A stretch of DNA of 64,000 nt from Octopus sinensis. Lineage: Eukaryota. Numbering within the stretch: the stretch's first letter is position 1; every line of letters starts with the position of its first letter. Shown piece after piece: positions 63,818 to 64,000 of this stretch. The notes beneath the pieces were generated by a model. The model saw only the letters and a list, made by a program, of their open reading frames with translations. It was not told the origin of the DNA and searched no databases. The stretch lies in the NCBI RefSeq assembly GCF_006345805.1, contig NC_043015.1:45384001-45448000 (forward strand), read 5' to 3'. The translations under genes and the position numbers were made by a program.

Positions 63818-64000
63818 TTCCATTTTAATGCAATTATATTCATGTACCCATTAGCAGATTTGATTATTCCCATAAACCAGGAACGTCTCTCATTTGCAAA
63901 TATTGAAGCATTTCCTTTCGTTGTAGAAAAGAAACCAGAATCCATTTGTGAGGTCATACAATAATAGCGCCAAGAATCAGCAGAACTTTCCCTATGCAAC
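63818..64000 (-). CDS. Candidate exon running off the window edge, product unknown
   Basis: One frame is open for 60 codons (LHRESSADSWRYYCMTSQMDSGFFSTTKG...NIIALKW) and ends at a strong donor AA|gtaagg. Confidence 0.3.

Overview
AT-rich, repeat-saturated animal genomic DNA. The repeat complement (tRNA-headed SINEs with CORE-like, Nin/Deu-like and Meta-like central domains, RTE and CR1 LINE tails, dense TA/CA microsatellites) is what I associate with an octopus-type cephalopod genome; this is an inference and no search was run. No intact protein-coding gene is recognisable, and almost all supplied ORFs are translations of microsatellites or SINEs. Four dispersed retroposon families (labelled A-D here) dominate, together with LINE fragments, two non-autonomous Helitrons, piggyBac-like and other MITEs, and a foldback element. 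Unique islands with minus-strand GT-AG signals suggest the window lies inside a long minus-strand transcript, either non-coding or decayed. The most interesting signals are: (1) eight hammerhead-ribozyme-like motifs in small Penelope-type repeats, three of which form a family with covarying stem I but non-canonical cores; (2) a Helitron flanked by a 105-bp direct duplication; (3) a foldback element whose internal hairpin occurs in both flip and flop orientations; (4) SINE-B multimers and self-insertions that reuse the same GGTA-containing junctions. Coordinates were read by eye, so element edges may be off by a few bases.
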